Source: Candidatus Bathyarchaeia archaeon
GTDB lineage: Archaea > Thermoproteota > Bathyarchaeia > Bathyarchaeales > DTEX01
Reading direction: 5' to 3'
DNA: 64,000 bases
NCBI GenBank assembly: GCA_038897035.1
Contig: JAWAXF010000001.1
Coordinates: 27,895 to 91,894 of the forward strand
Of the stretch, positions 59,215 through 64,000 are shown in pieces. Position 1 is the first letter of the stretch; each line of letters starts with the position of its first letter. A program made the translations under genes and the position numbers. The notes beneath the pieces are model-generated. The model was not told where the DNA came from. It saw only the letters and a list, made by a program, of their open reading frames with translations, and made no database searches.

Positions 59215-61899
59215 TTGGGCGAGCTATTTTTGGGCGTAGAGGGACTGGATAAAATATTTAACCCCAGAAGGATCGCCGTCATCGGTGCAAGTAATAGGGA
59301 GGGGTCTGTTGGATATAAGTTATTCAGGAATCTTATTGGTTTTAGGGGCTTCATTTATCCAGTTAATCCATTCAACCAAAGCATTCAGGGGGTTACCGCC
59401 TACCCAAGCATAAAGAGGATCCCATGGCAGATAGATTTAGCCATAATCGCCACGCCGGCCCATATAGTTCCCGAGATCGTAGAGGAGTGCGGTGAAGCTG
59501 GGGTGACTGGAGTAATAATAGTCTCGTCTGGATTCAGGGAGACCGGCCCAAGCGGCAGAGCCCTTGAGGAGGAGATTCAGAGGATAAGATCTAAGTTTAG
59601 CTTGAGGATAATAGGGCCCAATTGCCTGGGGGTTATGCGCCCAAGCATAAAATTAAATGCGACATTTGCAAATAGAATGGCTAAGCCCGGCTACGTGGCA
59701 TTTATATCTCAGAGCGGTGCTATCTGCGCCTCGGTTCTCGACTGGGCTGAAGCTGCAAATGTTGGGTTCAGCGCGGTTGTATCGCTCGGCGGCACAATAG
59801 ATGTGGACTTCGCAGACCTCATAGATTACTTCGGCATGGATCCAGAAACTGGGAGCATAATACTCTTCGTGGAGTTCATAAGCGACCCTGGTAAATTCTT
59901 AAGCGCCGCTAGGAGGTTCGCCGCGACGAAGCCCATAATAGCCATCAAGGCTGGCAGGACCGTGGAGGGCATGAAAGCAGCCTTCTCTCATACAGGTGCA
60001 ATTGCGAGCGATGACCTCCTTTACGACGCCCTATTCTCTAGGGCAGGTGTGGTTCGGGTTGAGACCATCTCTGACCTATTCTGCTGCTCAGAGACCCTTG
60101 CCACGCAGCCCCCACCAAAGGTCCCCGACCTATTAATAATAACTAATGCTGGTGGAGCTGGCGTTATGGCCACCGACGCCCTGATCTCGAGGGGCGGGAG
60201 ACTGGCAAAGTTAAGCGAAAAAACCATTGAGGAGCTTAACAAGATGCTGCCGCATTATTGGAGTAAATCTAACCCGGTAGACATATGTGAGGATGCAACT
60301 GTTGAGAGGTTTAGGAAGACGGCTGAGATATGTATTAAAGATCCAAATGCAGGTGGCTTCCTAATAATCTACACTCCCATTGGAGAAGCGGATCCGAGGG
60401 AGACTGCTGAGGTCATAGTTGACGTTTTTAGGGGGTCTAGGAAGCCTGTCTTCGCATGTTGGCTCGGTGAGGAGGAGGTTAACGAAGCTAGGGAAATATT
60501 TAGGAGGAATAAGATACCAATATATTCAACTCCAGAGGAGGCTGTTGCATCTTTTATATACATGTACCAATATGCTAGGAATGTTGAGCTGCTCTATGAG
60601 CTTCCAGAGGAGATTAGGTTAAGCCCCCCAAGCGATAAAATGCGTCTAAAGGGTATAATTAGACGCGCATTGGACGAGGGCAGATTTATTCTCACAGAGT
60701 ATGAGTCTAAGGAATTTCTTAAGGAGTATGGGATACCGGTCTCTGAAACGTATGTCGCTGGGAGCCCGGAGGAGGCTGCGGAGATAGGCTCCAAGATAGG
60801 CTTTCCCGTAGCTATGAAGGTCCTTTCTCCGGACATAACGCATAAGATGGATGTTGGCGGAGTAATACTAAACATTTACAGCGAGACGCAGGCGAGAAAC
60901 TGCTTTTTACAGATAATCGAGAATGCTAAGTCCCGTTACCCAAATGCTAGAATCTATGGTGTTACAGTTCAGCCGATGCGCCCAGGGGAATACGAGGTTA
61001 TTATTGGATCTAGGAGGGATCCGATCTTCGGGTCATTCATAATTTTTGGGAGCGGCGGGTCTAATGTTGAGGTCTTTAGGGATGTTGCCATAGGCTTCCC
61101 ACCATTAAATCAGGTCTTAGCGAGGAGAATTATTGAGCGGACAAAGGTATACGGGACTCTTTCCAGAGGATTTAAAGGTTTATCTTTAGCCAACCTCAGG
61201 CCGATCGAGGAGGCCCTCGTAAAGTTCTCCCAGATAGTGGTGGACTTCCCAGAAATATCGGAGATGGAAATTAACCCGCTCGCCGTCACATCCAGCGGCG
61301 TCATAGCTCTAGATGCTAGAATAATAATTGATCTAGAGAAAGTAAAAGTTGAACCTAAGCCGTATGAGCACCTTATAATAAGGCCCTATCCAATAAAATA
61401 CGTATCTGAGATCACGCTACGCGATGGGACCAAGGTTATTCTTAGGCCAGCCAGACCAGAAGATGAACCGCTGCTCACAGAATTATTTAAAACCTTCTCG
61501 GTAGAGACCATGAGGATGAGGTTCTTCCGTGTGCTGAAGGAGATAGATCGTTATGCTGTCGTTAGGCACTGCAATATTGATTACGGTCGTGAGATGACGA
61601 TTGTAGCAGAGACCGAGACTGAAGGTAGGAGGCGCCTGATGGGCATGGCTAACCTCATTGTCCAGCCAGATGGGGAAAGCAGTGAAATATCCATTGTTGT
61701 TGGGGATCCATGGCAGAACAAGGGCTTGGGATCAGCTATGATGGACCACCTAATAGAAGTTGGCAGAGACATGGGACAGAAGAGGCTCTTTGGGGAGTCC
61801 CTCGCAGATAACAGAAAGATCCTTCATATCCTACAAAAGAGGGGCTTTGAAATAAAGAAGGTGGATGAAGAAACCTGCATCGCCATACTCAATCTTTAA
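59215..61899 (+). CDS. ADP-forming acetate--CoA ligase (alpha plus beta) fused to a C-terminal GNAT acetyltransferase (Pat/Pka-like)
   Basis: IGAS, GPNCLG, SQSGA, SHTGA, TNAGG, NPVD, THKMDVGGV, INPL, DARI; GNAT motif WQNKGLGS; start may be TTG 59230. Confidence 0.92.
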   Translation: MGELFLGVEGLDKIFNPRRIAVIGASNREGSVGYKLFRNLIGFRGFIYPVNPFNQSIQGVTAYPSIKRIPWQIDLAIIATPAHIVPEIVEECGEAGVTGVIIVSSGFRETGPSGRALEEEIQRIRSKFSLRIIGPNCLGVMRPSIKLNATFANRMAKPGYVAFISQSGAICASVLDWAEAANVGFSAVVSLGGTIDVDFADLIDYFGMDPETGSIILFVEFISDPGKFLSAARRFAATKPIIAIKAGRTVEGMKAAFSHTGAIASDDLLYDALFSRAGVVRVETISDLFCCSETLATQPPPKVPDLLIITNAGGAGVMATDALISRGGRLAKLSEKTIEELNKMLPHYWSKSNPVDICEDATVERFRKTAEICIKDPNAGGFLIIYTPIGEADPRETAEVIVDVFRGSRKPVFACWLGEEEVNEAREIFRRNKIPIYSTPEEAVASFIYMYQYARNVELLYELPEEIRLSPPSDKMRLKGIIRRALDEGRFILTEYESKEFLKEYGIPVSETYVAGSPEEAAEIGSKIGFPVAMKVLSPDITHKMDVGGVILNIYSETQARNCFLQIIENAKSRYPNARIYGVTVQPMRPGEYEVIIGSRRDPIFGSFIIFGSGGSNVEVFRDVAIGFPPLNQVLARRIIERTKVYGTLSRGFKGLSLANLRPIEEALVKFSQIVVDFPEISEMEINPLAVTSSGVIALDARIIIDLEKVKVEPKPYEHLIIRPYPIKYVSEITLRDGTKVILRPARPEDEPLLTELFKTFSVETMRMRFFRVLKEIDRYAVVRHCNIDYGREMTIVAETETEGRRRLMGMANLIVQPDGESSEISIVVGDPWQNKGLGSAMMDHLIEVGRDMGQKRLFGESLADNRKILHILQKRGFEIKKVDEETCIAILNL

Positions 61900-62688
61900 T
61901 TAGAATTCTGGAATAATCTTCTCTTCAACTATCCTTTTCACATCTAAGAGGGCCACGCCGGCCTTTAACGGCTCCTTTTTAAGGCATGAAATGTAAAGTT
62001 CTCTATCAAACCTGACAAGCCCGTCTATATTCAAGCCTATTTTGGAGGCTCCCTTAACAATGAGATCTCTTATATCATCAGTAACTTTATTGACTATAGC
62101 CCAGTATTTTTTCCCCAAAGCATCGGCTACTTTCTTGAGCATTAACGCGAGTTCAAGGGACTCCGCCGTCGGGTCAACTACTGCGAGGACACCATCTGAA
62201 ACCTCCTCAACACTCCTGCCAACATGCTCTACGCCGGCATCAGTATCAATTACTACAACCTCGCCCCTCTCCAGGCTCAGGTTTCCCAGCAATATTTTCG
62301 TGAGTATACTAAATGGGCATGCGCAGCCCTCACCATATTCTCTAACCTTACCTATGATTACAAGCCCTACGCCCTCTCTCGAGGTCGCTATATATTCGCT
62401 TGGGAGGGAGCTTAGCTTTATGCCGCCCTTAGCCGTAGACAATGCCTTAAGAATGTCCGGCTTCATTCTTTCAAAATCTTCTTCCTCTTTCTTTCCACCA
62501 ACATACTCGACTAATGGTCTCGGCGGGTTAACGCCTAAGAAAATTGGCAGGAGAGAATTTGATTCATCTGAGTCAACTATATACGCCTTGAATCTCTCCG
62601 AGAGTGCTTTAGCCATTAATATTGATATGACTGTTTTACCGGATCCGCCTTTACCACAAACCATAATCTTCATGGCCCACTCCACCAT
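61900..62688 (-). CDS. CooC-like ATPase (third paralog)
   Basis: CGKGGSGKT, DSDESN, GEGCACP, DTDAGVEH. Confidence 0.87.
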   Translation of the reverse strand: MVEWAMKIMVCGKGGSGKTVISILMAKALSERFKAYIVDSDESNSLLPIFLGVNPPRPLVEYVGGKKEEEDFERMKPDILKALSTAKGGIKLSSLPSEYIATSREGVGLVIIGKVREYGEGCACPFSILTKILLGNLSLERGEVVVIDTDAGVEHVGRSVEEVSDGVLAVVDPTAESLELALMLKKVADALGKKYWAIVNKVTDDIRDLIVKGASKIGLNIDGLVRFDRELYISCLKKEPLKAGVALLDVKRIVEEKIIPEF

Positions 62689-62906
62689 TAACTCTTAACC
62701 TTTAGCTCCTCCTCAACCCTCAATACAAGTACCGAGTTTATGGCGTCAATCATTAGAAAGCCAACTCCTGATATAATTTTCTCTCCACCTTCTATAGTGC
62801 GAATCTTAAATGTCCCTTCATCCACAGATACACGCATCACATTGTTAGCTATTAGAGTACTCTCGCCCCTCCCGGCATCCTCAACATAAACCTTTAAAAG
62901 GCACAA
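62688..62906 (-). CDS. cooT: CooT-family nickel-binding protein
   Basis: TTG start gives MCLLKVY, the N-terminal Met-Cys signature; about 72 aa, beta-rich; adjacent to cooC. Confidence 0.72.
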   Translation of the reverse strand: MCLLKVYVEDAGRGESTLIANNVMRVSVDEGTFKIRTIEGGEKIISGVGFLMIDAINSVLVLRVEEELKVKS

Positions 62907-63002
62907 CCATAACACCAGCCTGCAGATTACATAAAGAGATTAATTGCTTCAAAGGGTTAAATTTATAGATGCCCAATCAACTTTCTTTTTAGACGGAACC
63001 CA

Positions 63003-64000
63003 ATGAGCACGTCCATATACAGGGAGATAATTGAGTACTTAAAGAGTATTCCGAAACCAACTGATAGGGATGTTCAGGTAGCCAAGATTAGGGTTGCGGA
63101 GAAGTATGGCTTAAGCGTAATACCGCCGAACTCCGAGATAATTAAGTATTTGAGGGCTGATGAGAAACAAACCCTGCTCAAGGTTTTGAGGAGAAAAATT
63201 GTAAGGACGATTTCAGGCGTAACAGTTATCGCGGTTATGACCAAACCGTGGCCATGCCCGCAGAAGGAGCCCTGCGCATACTGCCCCGGTGGGCCCGCCT
63301 ATGGGGTCCCGCAAAGCTATACTGGCCGCGAACCCGCTACGATGAGGGGCCTACAATTTAACTTTGACCCCTACAGCCAAGTTAGGCATAGGATTGAACA
63401 GCTCGAAGCCATTGGACACATGGTTGATAAGATTGAGCTGATAGTTATGGGCGGGACCTTCCCTGCAATGCCAGTTGATTATCAATTAAACTTCATTAAA
63501 AAGTGCCTTGACGCGATGACTGGCGTCCGCTCCTCCTCCCTTGAGGAGGCTAAGAGGAATGCTGAAGTTAGCCCAAGAAGGAATGTTGGAATAACTGCTG
63601 AGACACGCCCCGACTGGTGTAAGGAGCCTCACGTAGACGTGATGTTGTCTTATGGAACCACGCGTGTAGAGATAGGCGTACAGAACATTTATGATGACAT
63701 ATATGCCCTTATTAATAGGGGTCACGGGGTCAAGGATGTTATAGAGGCGACCAGAGTGGCTAAGGATGCAGGGCTTAAGGTTGTTTATCATATGATGCCC
63801 GGCCTCCCGGGATCAGATTTCAATAGGGATCTAGATGCATTCAAGAGGATATTCATAGATTCGAACTTCAAGCCGGATATGCTCAAAATATACCCGTGCC
63901 TTGTGGTTAAGGGAACAAAGGTTTATGACTGGTGGGCTAAGGGGCTCTATAATCCATACACAACCGAGGAGGCTGCTAGGCTAATAGCCGAGGTTAAGAA
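63003..64000 (+). CDS. elp3: tRNA U34 carboxymethyl-forming radical SAM/acetyltransferase Elp3 (partial, runs off the window)
   Basis: RTISGVTVIAVMTKP.PCP...CAYCPGGP, PQSYTGREPA, MGGTF, ETRPDW, EIGVQ, HMMPGLP, KIYPCLVV. Confidence 0.95.
   Translation, partial: MSTSIYREIIEYLKSIPKPTDRDVQVAKIRVAEKYGLSVIPPNSEIIKYLRADEKQTLLKVLRRKIVRTISGVTVIAVMTKPWPCPQKEPCAYCPGGPAYGVPQSYTGREPATMRGLQFNFDPYSQVRHRIEQLEAIGHMVDKIELIVMGGTFPAMPVDYQLNFIKKCLDAMTGVRSSSLEEAKRNAEVSPRRNVGITAETRPDWCKEPHVDVMLSYGTTRVEIGVQNIYDDIYALINRGHGVKDVIEATRVAKDAGLKVVYHMMPGLPGSDFNRDLDAFKRIFIDSNFKPDMLKIYPCLVVKGTKVYDWWAKGLYNPYTTEEAARLIAEVK

Noticed and set aside
1-64000. Numerous antisense ORFs in the track (e.g. 19433-20041, 24926-25594, 39037-39678, 62042-62698, 63486-63791)
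   Set aside because: They are shadow frames of well-supported genes on the opposite strand and show no motifs.
1-64000. CRISPR arrays, transposases, rRNA, inteins, and selenocysteine or pyrrolysine recoding
   Set aside because: No repeat-spacer pattern, transposase or intein motifs were seen. RtcB and reverse gyrase are normal length, and no conserved gene shows an internal TGA or TAG needing recoding.

Overview
Gene-dense archaeal core-genome window. Gene content (methanogen-type CODH/ACS cluster, cdrS-ftsZ, reverse gyrase, short XPF, cofE) is most consistent with a thermophilic Bathyarchaeia-like archaeon; the taxonomy is inferred. It holds about 60 CDS for translation, transcription, tRNA modification, cofactor metabolism and the Wood-Ljungdahl carbonyl branch, plus tRNA-Thr(TGT), a probable box C/D sRNA and two decayed pseudogenes. 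The strongest signal is a 30-nt bulge-helix-bulge (tRNA-type) intron with an in-frame stop inside the protein-coding pcm gene (30847-30876, minus strand). Cutting at the canonical BHB positions restores the conserved SAPHM motif exactly. Three essential genes also appear to lack a canonical start codon at their conserved N-terminus: ABCE1/Rli (ATT), Rpo7 (ACG) and MetRS (CTC or ATC). Product calls come from recognised motifs only; no database searches were run.
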